DNA of 61,470 nucleotides, filler included, from Sphacelaria rigidula (lineage: Eukaryota): NCBI GenBank assembly GCA_964200075.2. It is 8 parts of 8 records of this genome, joined end to end, with 100 filler letters (N's around TTAATTAATTAA, not from the genome) between each part and the next. Parts side by side here need not be neighbours in the genome. Positions count along the whole stretch, not along the records: positions 7,698 to 15,294 come from CAXNAA020014168.1; positions 15,395 to 22,990 come from CAXNAA020014169.1; 6 more parts are not named here. One strand, 5' to 3'. The translations under genes were made by a program, and so were the position numbers. The notes under the pieces were generated by a model. That model was given only the letters and a program-made list of their open reading frames with translations. It was not told the origin of the DNA and did no database searches. This document shows, one piece after another, positions 11,101 through 22,091 of the stretch; within the stretch, counting starts at the first letter, position 1; the number at the start of each line of letters is the position of its first letter.

Positions 11101-14100
11101 CGTTGCCTGCGTTGATTAGTGGAGATACCCAATCAGCGAAGTGCACCATGTTTATTGCACGCAATTCGAACTTCCCCCCGTATGGTCGACGTCATTCATC
11201 TCTTGCCATGACCCTACATATGATATGTTCACGGATGGACGTAACGCAAGCTGAGACTAGCAGTGTGCCCAGCTTCGAGGGCATTTGTTAGAACCCTGGG
11301 CGGCCTTGCGATACTTGAATGTACCATCTGTACTCTAGTCTCGTGTACTGTACTGCGCTGTATTGTACTGCACTGTAATTTACCGAGTATTTCTACGCAG
11401 CCCCCCCCAAGAAAAACAGCCCAAACCTGTCACAGGGAAAATGGTCACAGAGCGCCTGATGTTTGGCTTCAGGCTACATACAACGCCTCGTATGGGCGAC
11501 ATTGACAAAAGCGAACCGGAGTGAGGGAATTCCGAGCTGTTCGTTGTGCTCGGCTTTTTCAGTTCGATTTACGTGTAGATTTTGCCCCCCCAAATCAACC
11601 ACTTTCTTTGGGGGGGGGGGGGGGGGGCTATCGTAGAAAGTGTCTACTGTGTACAGCGACGCCATTTTCGTGGGGGTACAACCTAAGCCAAGGGAAGTGA
11701 TGATTTTTTTTCACAGAGTTATGACGAATTCGAAGATGTACAAAATTGTGCACTACCAGGAGGGTAAGTGAAACTCCAGACGTATGATGGGCGTATAATC
11801 GTATTCTAGAGTTGTTGTCTGTTTCTGACTTTCGAATATTCCCTCAAGACTGCTTTTAGCGACGCAAAGAGGGTCATTTTTCCCATTGAAGCATTTTGCA
11901 TGCAACTTTCCATTTCTTCTATTTATAGTTTGGAAATGTGCATGATTTTTTCCCCATGGCGTTGCCCGTTTCCATTTCCGAACTGGAAAGTGGACACACC
12001 CGAGAATTAGCACGAATAGCTCAACAGCTGTTAGGGTTGCACGTAGACTGTACATGTCGTTGCTCGGGGATCATGTTTGGCCTGTGCAATTGGCCTCTTC
12101 TGTTCCGGGAACGAAACACCTCGGCTGTGTGTTTTCAGTGCCGATGAAGACGCAACCCTCATGCGATCATGTAACCGACAGCAATACCGCATGGGGAAGA
12201 AAACACATCCACACCGCATGCGGTTGTACCTTAACTCATTCTACACCCGACTCTTGCATGTACCTGTGCATTGACTGAAGAAGCGTCGATTGGGCAATCA
12301 GCCATTCTAACGGTTACTGGCTGGGACATACTTCATCATACTCCTGCAATCAAAAGATCCCTTGTTTTCAAACGGAGTCAGCCCACGGTAGATACACGAA
12401 TTGCTCGATTCATCCCTCGTACATGATGTTAGTCCACAACTGCAGTGAGCAATGTTTTCGTCGATTGAGAGTGAGTTTATTATTCGCTCTAAATTGACCA
12501 ATTTATCGTTTTGTGTGTGCTCTTCTTTGCCTGTAACATTATCCTGTGCTTACAGCTACACGTCGATATCCTACTCAGGGGGATTAAAGTCTTCAGTGGC
12601 AAGCTACTACATAAAGTTTATCTACCCTCGTGTAAGGTCCGGAGGGATATTTTGGAACTGAAAATACTTTATCCATTTATTGATCGCTTCTCACTCTCAA
12701 CCGTATCCTGGACTCTCGATCCCACGAAAACATGGTCAGTTACCACTGGAACTATTATTTCGACTGAAAGCGATATTGTGTTTATTTTTTTCGCGACTAT
12801 GGTTGTCATGGCCTACCCGTGACCCCTTTTTCTGAATCGACAGAGGTTGATGCGCGGCATGATTTTCGAAAATATAATGTTTTCGCGATAAAAAACTTTA
12901 ACGATTTGTCAGCGAAACGTTCGTCGGTGGCCTTATCTTTACACCATGCTCTTGTATATTGCATAACCGTACCGCGTGTATGTGTAGATTGATGTATAGC
13001 ACAAAGCAGAGAATAAAAAAGGATTGCACAGAACCAAGACCCTAACTCTGTCCAAATACAGCACACATATCTGGACAAGAAGGAGGTGGACATCAATATC
13101 TTCTACTAGGTGAGTACAATTATCAGTTAGACCGGGTAAAAAATGCCTAAAGATTCCTTGGCAAATCTGTTTCTTCCGTGGTCTCAGGCGGTAAAAGGAA
13201 TGCCTTTTCTGTAGTCATAAGATCTGATCTTCATCAATACTCAGTTTCTAGTTTTTGTTTTTAAGCTAGAGTATCGTGGCGTCGAGGTGAACCACACAGG
13301 ATTAGCGCTCAGCTACAGGAAGACATTATTGGGCATGGCGTTGGGAAACACATATTATGTGTTGTGTTGTCACCCCATCTATTCTGGACGCTAGAGTACA
13401 CCTTTCGGTATATATGGGCTGTGACGGTTTAAGAGACAACTAACTAGAGTACTGAACAGTCAGCGCTGACTGATCCCCGTCACTTTCACTCCGAGGAGGG
13501 CGACTTCCCTTGCCAGTGCTCTATCGACTGCCATCACGAACCTCTAGTTTTGTCTCTTCTCACCGTAACCTTGAGTTCCTTGTCTCCCCCACTCGTTTCC
13601 AGAGTGTGTACACCGGGGTCCCTAGCAGTCAACTCCTAATATAGCCACCAGGCTATGCTCCACCCTTTTTCTTTCGGCCAGTTTTTTACTGAGGTTTTCT
13701 CTCCTTGGGGCCAATTTTTTCACAGAGGTTTTCTCTCCTCTTTTTTTCTTCAAAGAAAGTGCGTCTGACGGGAATCGAACCAGCGACTAATTTTTGTGAC
13801 GGTTTAAGAGACAACCAACTAGACTACTGACCATTCAGCGCTGACTGGTCAGTAGTCTAGTTGGTTATCTCTTAAACCGTCAAAGGGCGCACCAGCCGGG
13901 TTCACGCAGCAGGAAGGCCAACACGGGAGTCCTTTTTTTCTTTTAGTAATCAACCTTCCTTCTGCTGTTCTTGCCTCGTTTTTTATCACGAGTGGAGTTC
14001 AGCGGTCCCTTTCCCTCGTCGACCGTGAAGTCGAATTATGTGTACCCACGACATTGTCGCTCTTCACTCTTATGCATGGCGTGAGAAAAATCCCAGATCG

Positions 14101-14599
14101 TGTGACCTTACTGAGATTCGAACTCACAATCCAACCGTGAGACTGTTTCGAGGTTACCGACTGAGCCACCGGGGCGACCGGCACACATACATGGGCACAA
14201 CTGGGTGGACAGCTCGTACGTGCACGTGAAAGTAGCGGTCATATTACGGTGGTAACACACGTATAATAAAATGGCTGTGCCTCGTTGTGGTTTGAAAGGA
14301 CCAGCAATCACTGCTCCGACGCTAATAATGCACATATATTTCATATTTTTTCATCTGTGAATCACCCACGCACGTTCGAGCTTGACGAAGGCTTCAGGGC
14401 AGAGCTTCACTAAGCCTGTCACCCAGCGATTGTGCTCTGCCCTCGTTTCCGCGTACAGGTGAAAAGTTCGCGCCGTCGAAGAGATTATCATGGTGTCTTT
14501 GTCTTCAGCGATTTCTGTTATATCCCTCAGATACACCCAACCGCGTACCTCCGGATCCTCAGCGTGTTTGTAGTAGCATAGCGCCAGATCGAAGAGTCC
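8111..14599 (-). CDS. PH-domain protein with long acidic/disordered C-terminus (5'-partial, 5 exons)
   Basis: Exons 14599-14374 (GLFDLALCYYKHAEDPEVRGWVYLRDITEI...RTFHLYAETRAEHNRWVTGL, C-terminal half of a PH fold), 11106-9737, 9341-8965, 8565-8381, 8160-8111 (TGA). All AG/GT-bounded, phases 1,0,2,1 compatible; last exon least certain. Confidence 0.8.
9737..11106 (-). CDS. Large 1370-bp exon of the PH-domain gene (D/E/S/G-rich low complexity)
   Basis: Body of the 512-aa ORF 9626-11164; acceptor CTAATCAACGCAG|GC phase 1 matches the PH exon donor; donor CAG|GTCAAT phase 0. Confidence 0.8.
11385..11644. mobile_element. MITE, same family as 48067-48317, opposite orientation
   Basis: TTTCTACGCAGCCCCCCCC ... 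GGGGGGCTATCGTAGAAAGTGTC; internal sequence aligns with the reverse complement of 48067-48317. Confidence 0.8.
11690..13330 (-). pseudogene. Decayed KDZ (Kyakuja-Dileera-Zisupton)-type transposase in intron of PH gene
   Basis: Across frameshifts and stops, in order: CTGTCKSR..., TACGVDVFSSPCGIAVGYM, HEGC, RPNMI/SNDMYSLRATL, HFPNYK...C...NDP, NSRIRLYAHH...HLRIRHN. Order resembles the KDZ core (Cxx...G....pCG, E, PxxxxD, H...C...P, ExxNS). Confidence 0.6.
13355..14179 (-). mobile_element. tRNA-derived SINE, interrupted by insertion 13420-13884
   Basis: Minus-strand head GGTCGCCCCGG-TGGCTCAGTCGG (A box, 14168-14157) ... GAGTTCGAATCTC (B box, 14125-14113); body shared with 7390-7597. Confidence 0.8.
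13420..13884. mobile_element. 465-bp TIR element with 4-bp TSD (GGGC), a 90-bp terminal palindrome and internal Pol III A/B boxes
   Basis: GGGC|TGTGACGGTTTAAGAG ... CTCTTAAACCGTCAAA|GGGC; 13795-13884 is a palindrome with 45-bp arms and 3 mismatches; uninterrupted site seen near 7449. Confidence 0.85.
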
Positions 14600-15201
14600 C
14601 TGCGATGGGGGGGGGGAGGAGGGGGTTGGCCAATACCGGCAACGAATGTCCGAATGAGACGATGCGCACTTTGTGGCCGGAACAGAGATTTGCATGTGTG
14701 CTTTGCCAAGGGTTTGATGGGAGAATATTTTCGGACACGGAGCCCCCCCACCCCCCCTCTCGGAGGGCAATTGTCAAAAAATTTGTCACGACTTTTTCTC
14801 CATGTTATTCAAGAAATTTACAAAGAAACACTGACAAAACCGAAAATTCTGGTGGGCTTTGCGAGGTTTCTCTATTTGCCTCTGCTCCTTGCCCGCTCTA
14901 ATGTCCCGATGACCTCGGACGCCGGTCACCCTCACAAACATGTACGCACACGAGCGCACGGTAGCGACAGCCTGCAGCCAACGTAGCAACTTCATTTCAC
15001 GCCTCGCCACATTTTCCCGGACCACTGGTAGATACTCGAGGCCCACGACACGTAATATTATCCCATAAACGAAATAATAGTAAGCAATGGACTCCGGGGG
15101 GGCGGCGTGTACACCATCTCATCGGTCTCCATGCCAAGGATCTCTGTAGACGGTAGCTGACCGCAACCGCCAACACTTCGGCAATAAACTAGGGACAGCG
15201 G

Positions 15202-15238
<37 letters not shown>

Positions 15239-15294
15239 ACCCCACCCCCCCCCCCCCACCCCCCACCCGACAACTCGCCCGCACCCCCCGCAAG

Positions 15295-15394
15295 NNNNNN
15301 NNNNNNNNNNNNNNNNNNNNNNNNNNNNNNNNNNNNNNTTAATTAATTAANNNNNNNNNNNNNNNNNNNNNNNNNNNNNNNNNNNNNNNNNNNN
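15295..15394. other. Artificial contig spacer
   Basis: N44-TTAATTAATTAA-N44. Confidence 0.98.
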
Positions 15395-15946
15395 CACTAC
15401 TGTATAACTAACCATGGGGGTGTTCAAATTCCGATGCGGTCCTCTAAGCACGCGGTCCTCTCACGTATTACAATGTAGTACCGTTTCATTCGTATTTCAG
15501 ATATACTTACACGTGTAGCCACATAACCACGTAGGATACTGCAGTAAGAAGTGTGCCGCTATGGTTTGTTATACAGTAGTGTACGCCATCAAGGTAGCTA
15601 GGTCACGTAGCTTGCCATAGATCTAGTCTGCGAGCTGGAAAGACCCACACGTCAGTAATATTGAATCGAGGATACGATTTGATCTTACGTGCGTGCGTGT
15701 AGGGACCCTGGCGTTTTGTTCCAGGTTTGAGGATGTTTAGACCCGGTCACCTCTACCACCCATGCATTCACTCTCCTCTTTTTCCTCAGCCCTCTGCTTT
15801 TCAAAGGGGCTATTTGATTTTGTCTTGACCAAGTGAAGAGCCCCCGATAAAGTATCTGTCTTTCGATCTTCTGCTGCAGAAGCAAGTGGTCTAAGCACCA
15901 TGGTGCAGCTACTGCCATATGCTACTGTCTGCGCGACGGTAGTCCG

Positions 15947-16163
15947 TCTAATGCGTGAGAGGACCGCGAGCTTGGAGGACCGCATCGAAATTTGAACATC
16001 ATTATGGTTACGGTTATGGTCAGGGTTAGGTTAAGGGTTAGGCTTATAGTCAGGGGCGTGGTACCTTTAGGGACTGACCCGATTAGTTTTGAAAAACGTC
16101 GATCTTGAGGTGCTTTGAACTACGGCGCGGTCCTCTAAGCACGCGGTCCTCTCACGCAATAGA
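15947..16163. mobile_element. TTAGGG-containing MITE (degenerate copy)
   Basis: TAATGCGTGAGAGGACCGCG ... CGCGGTCCTCTCACGCA TIRs with internal GGTTAGG repeats; a further right-end fragment at approx. 15405-15471. Confidence 0.8.
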
Positions 16164-16318
16164 ACAGTACCACACAACACGAGCCAATATTTCCAACAGT
16201 GCAAGCTTCAACCAAGGCAAAGTGACAGGAAATATATGTACATATTTGCTATACCCGCAACAAGTCGTATTCCGCCTTGATCAAACGGAGGCAGATCAGC
16301 TGCTTGAAGTATACTTAC

Positions 16319-19300
16319 ACTTGATGGGGTGGAAACGCTCCCACTTGTCGTCGGCTCTCCCACGCTTCGCCTTGAGGTCGGTCGGATTTCGCGGTACACC
16401 CTGCTCAGACCCCGATAACGCCATCGGTCAGTGGGTGGGGCGCAAACCGCACGATGGAACATAGGTACAAGTTTCAGCATCGCTAGCATGTTATCAAACT
16501 TATCGTGGGGCATGGGGTAGGTAGAAGCATGTGGAATGTTCCACTGAGTATTGTGTATGCTTTGAAGGATAGCGAAGTTATATGCCGCTTGTACGGATGG
16601 CGGCACGCGTGAGTTGATCGCGAAGGACACATGTTGAGTCTCAGCTTCAAGACACGTCGCACATGTATCGTGTGTTTTGGTGCAACGTGAGTGAGGAAAC
16701 CCTGCCCTTTCTGTGTTGCCAACACAACCACAAATATGTTTCGTCAAGCACGCACGTACACAAACACCCAGCCATCAAACCTGAAACACGACTACAACAC
16801 TATGGTGTCGGGAGGAAACGGTGGCCACATGTAGCGCAGTCGGTTCCATGAGGCTTGTTGTATGTGTACACTCCCAAAACATCTGTGACTATCGACTAAT
16901 GTCAATGTGGCTTGGAGCCTTGGCTTCGGAGCCGGAAGTATGTCAGCGCACGGGCTGACGATGATCTCCGTCAACTATACTCTCACCGCACGAATCATGC
17001 AGTGCACGAGTCCTGTAAACTCATGTGCACGTGTATCCAGAAGAGGCATCTGCAAAACTCGTTACCAGGTCGACAGTACCTCGACCGGGATGCGTGCGAT
17101 TACTTCCGTCGTTTCGGTTGTCAGCCAATTTTCAATTGTTGCCGTGCGGTCGTTGGCGGCAAGTCTCTCATATCGTCCCAAGAGCAACTAATGAAGGGGG
17201 GGGGGGAGGCACTGCCCCGGGACCGCCGAATGGGAGGAGAAAAAATTAACGCAGAGAAACAGGCCTCTTCCTCACCTTGGTGGGGTAAGTGACGGACTCC
17301 GGTGCAGTATCCTTTCCAGTACGGACGTTGAATCTTTCCCACGCGTACATGGTATTGCTCCTGCCGGCAAGGGGCATTACGATTGGTCGCAACACGCATG
17401 AAATCAGCTTCTTCAAAACCAAACTCACATATAAATGGGCTTCAGGAGAACCTTCAAGTCGGGTAAGGGTTAGTGAAACTGTGCTTGTTGTGCCTCAAGC
17501 GGGCGGTGTTCTCCACCACGGCTATAGTTTTACAATCTTTCCAGCGTCCTATTTCCTCCAGAGCCATGCTGCAATAGGGGGGCGGGGGGGGGGAGGGGAG
17601 GGTGTTCGATTCCACGAAAAAATGTGCTCTTAGATGCGTCAAAGGGCCTGAAACATTCGCGGCGCACTTATATTTGGGTAAAGGCGGCGTAAAGCAGTAT
17701 GAATGGGCGTGTTTTGTCGAAATCAATCGCGTTCGAACACTAGTTGGCTTTTTTCGACGGTGATTGAAGTGCAATTTTATGGCAGAAAACGACCAAAAAT
17801 ACCCCCCCTCCCCCTATCGTAGCATGACTCTTCAACGATCGTCAGTCCAGTCCACACACGCGTGGGAGCTCCCAGCAATCACAACAAAAACAGGACAAAT
17901 ATGACCACGCTATGAGAGGAACCTAGGCGAGGCTACCTTGTGCCGATGTGCATGCGGTACACCGAGCCACGGACAAGTCCCCACTGTAGCAGGTACTTGA
18001 AGATGAAGCAGCCAAGGCAGAAGTTTACGAACCCTTGGAGAGCCGTGGCCACCGCCAGTCCAACCTGATGCGACGATACGCACGCATGGTATGGTGTGTT
18101 AGCAAAGTGGGTGGGGAGGGGCAAGGTTTGCACTAAATTACGAGCTTTCCTTTGCGGCCCGTCGTACGTTGCTGTCGTGATATTTCATACGAGGAACGTG
18201 GGCTGAGGAGTGCTTCATGTGTTGAATCCCACGTATCTGATGAAACTAGGCATTCGCGTCTTACTAACTGTCTGACCAATGTTTTGGACGGGACTATGGC
18301 TAAGCCACAGCATTCGACGCACATGGTGTTCGGACGGAATGGGCGGTGACGCAAGTTGATTCCCCTTGGGTTACCTGACGCGGATATCGTGAGTAGAGCA
18401 CCAGTCAGCGACCGAATAAGAAATTTTGCCACAAAAACGCAAGGACTCTCACCAGAAAAGCTTGGGCAGCGATTGTGTAGTCCAAGAGGAGAAGCACCCA
18501 AGCCACGAACGCCATGAAGATCCCACACAGGTTTGCGAACTGCTTAGACGCTCCCGGGCTGCCGATGTACAACGTCAGGGAGGCAGGTACACAACAATTT
18601 AATGTTTCAAAAGTGCTCTGAATAATGTTGTTGGGCTCTGTACTCACTCGCTCACAAAACGTTCAACAGTGTAAATTCCAAACCGGGGAATAGTGTAATG
18701 CGTGAGAGGACCGCGTGCTTAGAGGACCGCCCGGTAGTTCAAAATATCTCAGGATCAACGTTTCCCAAAACCAATCGGGTCAGTCCCTGCAGGTACCATG
18801 CCCCTGACCCTAACCCCAACACTAACCCTAACCCTAACCATAGGGGTGTTCAAATTCCGATGCGGTCCTATGAGCACGCGGTCATCTCACGCATTACAAT
18901 AGTTCAACAACGGGTTTGGAACGATAGTGTCAGATTCACTCGAATGAAACGAACCGGCCTAGAAAGTATAGGACAGACCTTTGGCGTTTCGCTCAGAAGA
19001 CCCGTATGTTCCACGACGGGGGGGGGAATGGCAGCACGAGACGAAAATGTGCTCGAATCAGGAATTTATCGGCTATTAGGCCACCGAATAATACGTAAAC
19101 ACGCGTCGCACGGGGGACGGAGCAGCAACATATACACTGTTGGGGATGTGGTGCAGTGGTACGGGAGGAAGTGAGACCGCACGCTTGTGTCCAAATTCAA
19201 CGCTTTCAGTATTGAAATATATCTGGTGCTAGTATGTGGAAAGATTTGTGGCACTGGATGGAGTATCACATGGTATGGGTCAAAGATGCAGATAGCTATT

Positions 19301-21929
19301 CCGTGTACCCACCTTAGGTTCGGTCTAGTGCCAGCAACGGGTAGGGCCGCGAGCATGCCGAGGGGACTCGGGAACCCCCCTAGCTTGAGAGCGAAGTCTA
19401 CCGTCAATCCTAGCACCTGTGGTTTAGGACCACACAACAGATTCAGAAACGCGTCCGAGCAAGGCTGTGAGCCGTGGCAGGGGTGGGAGGTGAGTGGATC
19501 GTCAACGCCGGGTGGGCAACCAAACACGTTCGTAACGACTCGACACCGACCGGCCGAAGGTAAAGAACCGATGGTTTGTGTTCAAACAAAAGCCTCACGC
19601 GCAACCAGGCATCGAAAAAATGCAAAAAAAAAACAGCTCACCACCCACTGCGTAGCATCCCTGTTGGCAAACCAGCACGTCACTGCGGAGATGATGAAGC
19701 CCCAAACCCCATTTAATCGGACCACCCGATTGTCCACGGTGGGCGGGGAATGAAACGGCAGAAAAAAGGCAGCGTCGGGTCCAGGGTAGGTAGTAACCGC
19801 CGCCGACGCTCCGTCGCCCTGTATGGATCCGAATAACCAATCAACAGCAACGTTTTGTTTCAACGTGCAAACCAGCGTGAAGTTTTGCTTTTATTTTTAT
19901 CCACATTTTATGATAGTACCCTTCATACTGTTAAACTGAATTGTAGACCATGCACTGGTCAAGATGTGCGTACGCTACCAAGTGCTCTGGACTAAATTAT
20001 ACATCTCGGGCAACCCGATTTACTCGACAGCGATTTGCCACGACACCTCTCGGTCACGTTTAGATCACTGCAGGGCGGGTATTGGAAGTCGGTGGTGCCG
20101 AGTTTGTAGAAAAAATATTCGGGTGCAGTCGGAGAGCGTGGTCAACACTCCACAATCAAAGAGAGGACATCCGAACTAGTCTCGTGTCTTGTGTTGGTAC
20201 CATACATATGCCTTGCTCACAGTACGCCCGCCTTGTTCGATAAAACCTTCAAACCTCGGAAAATATTTTCATCCCTGACTTCGGGGGAAAAACTAGGATC
20301 GACTCACACCTTCTTTTGCGTCGAACACGCACGGATACCACTTCGCGGCGGTGCCGGCACCATTTGTGGCTCTACACCGTTCTGACTGGAGGGTTCACGA
20401 GGTCTGTGTATGGTACATGCAGATGCATAGGATATCGTAGACTGAAAAGACGAGCCCCCGTGAAATATGACGAGGAACAGGAAGAATCTGTAGAAAGATC
20501 CCGGCAAAAGTTCTGGGTGGATCCCTATGCCCTCATGGGGGTATGTCAATATTTTTGCGAACACCGGCGGCAGTGGCATTACGAACAACGGTGGGAAAAA
20601 AACAACTCCAGTAAATAAAACCAAAAATAATGGCGAAACTCAAGCCGCGAAATCCTCGAGGCTGCTGCACCTTCATGAGCACTCCAGCCTCAGCGTCTTC
20701 CAAGCTGGAGTGGTCGTGCACCGCCTTCAGCCTCATGCCGAGGTCGCCCGTAGCGTCCAGCGCCTGACGTGGCATGTGGCGGGTGGATGTGGTGCAAAAC
20801 GAGTGGAAGGCACAGGTGTTTGGCGAACAATTCGAAGTCTTGATTAGAAGCTTGACGTTATTGTTTTGCCATAAATTCTCCCCCTGGCTGTTCAAGTTTG
20901 TGTCCTAGATGGAACTAGAGGCCAGCACGCGCGTGTTTACTGACTGAGCGTTCACAACCGTGGAGGGCCGAGAGCACAGTAACCCGACGATCGACCAACC
21001 CCCGTCGAAGTGAGTTCTGTCCAAAGTGTCCGTCGCAGCCGAGCTTAAGGGTTGTCCCTCGTGGACTATTTTGTTCAAGTGTGGAGATGTATTCAGGTGG
21101 GCGGTCTTCGGGGTTTGCTGAACTGGTGGTATACGGGGTCCAAAAAAACCCGTCGGTTCCGCATTTGGTTTGGATTGGTGGCCATGATGAGGGGGAAAAT
21201 CAAACAACGTCGAGTGAGATAATGAGAACAACTGATACTGGAACATACCATTGGATACTCCGAATACATTAAGATGAACCAGAAACCGATGTTTCTGTGC
21301 GACATCGAGGGCGAACCGCATTGTGCCACCCCGCCGTTCGATGCTGTTGCGTGGGCTATGTATCGAACGCTTGGGGATGTTGGAGGACGGTGAAGGCCGA
21401 AGCTGGGATATGTGATTTAAAGATTCTCGCTTCAACATCGAGATAAAATGGGTCACCATCGTTAGTATCATCACAGTTCATTATGACCGCCACATGTGGT
21501 CAATGAAGAAGGTATAATCCAATACCTTGAGGTTGTCGCAGCCACCGATGTGCTCCTGGTTGATCCATATTTGAGGTACAGACGTCCTGCCTGTGATGGC
21601 GGCCATTGCCTTTCGCGTCTCTGCCATGTTCGCCGTCTGGTGAGTGCATTGAAGTAGAAAAGGAAACAATCAAGGGATATTTTGTACGCTTTCATTGACT
21701 ACTACGTGAATACTTGAAACGGAGTTTCCTAGTCGCTCGCCGAGAAAGGGCGTTTCAAAAGAAGGCCATGAGGACTCGCTACTTCACGAGGTCGCGGATC
21801 GAAGTGCGACCATGTCAAAAATACTTTCAGCAATATACTACTGGTATGTCTGGTGATGTGGTACCAGTGTACCTTGTCTATGTCGATGAACCGGCCTGTG
21901 ATGCCATGAGCCGCCAGAGTACGCTTAGC
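16319..21929 (-). CDS. Glutaredoxin + DUF4395-like membrane domain fusion (partial at both ends, 10 exons, approx. 338 aa)
   Basis: Exons 21929-21873, 21636-21526, 20763-20671, 20381-20310, 19818-19642, 19416-19313, 18558-18453, 18064-17937, 17360-17276, 16400-16319; all AG/GT-bounded with compatible phases and no stops. Confidence 0.85.
17561..17830. mobile_element. MITE with GAG...CTC ends (Sola-like), intronic
   Basis: GAGCCATGCTGCAATAGGGGG ... CCCCTATCGTAGCATGACTC; flanks TCCA/TTCA; a related end at approx. 53905-53932. Confidence 0.55.
17937..19818 (-). CDS. DUF4395-like membrane domain exons of the fusion gene
   Basis: PPTVDNRVVRLNG..., VDFALKLGGFPSPLGMLA, PGASKQFANLCGIFM, ALQGFVNFCLGCFIFKYL resemble the DUF4395 VD..R / SPL / K.FA...G / FCLGC pattern. 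Confidence 0.75.
18694..18898. mobile_element. TTAGGG-containing MITE, TGT...ACA ends, 4-bp TSD ATAG
   Basis: ATAG|TGTAATGCGTGAGAGGACCGCG ... CGCGGTCATCTCACGCATTACA|ATAG; internal CCCTAA repeats approx. 18808-18839. Confidence 0.9.
21526..21929 (-). CDS. Glutaredoxin domain exons (active-site exon not in contig)
   Basis: AKRTLAAHGITGRFIDIDK + TANMAETRKAMAAITGRTSVPQIWINQEHIGGCDNLK, with the Grx (T/S)VP and GGxD motifs. Confidence 0.9.
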
Positions 21930-22091
21930 CTGATTCCAGACAGGTCAGGGTAGACGACAGCATAACACGATGTGTCAACGCAGGCAACAGCGGTAGAAAC
22001 GGTAGCGGAGGGAGCAGAGGGAGCAGGGGGACAGGGGTGACAAGAACCACTCGCCGTCAGACAAAAGTCCCTCTTTTGTTGCTCGCGCCGC

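Noticed and set aside
6950-13330. One large Zisupton element (KDZ core + acidic linker + Ulp1 with 'WFLSSVIVDAL' at approx. 8240 and 'LDCG' at approx. 7215)
   Set aside because: The acidic ORF and 8111-9341 splice cleanly into the PH gene; the DCG segment lies on a different contig across an artificial spacer and needs a frameshift.
14110-14179. tRNA gene
   Set aside because: A/B boxes are present but there is no convincing cloverleaf, and it is attached to a repeated SINE body; the same applies to 13760-13835.
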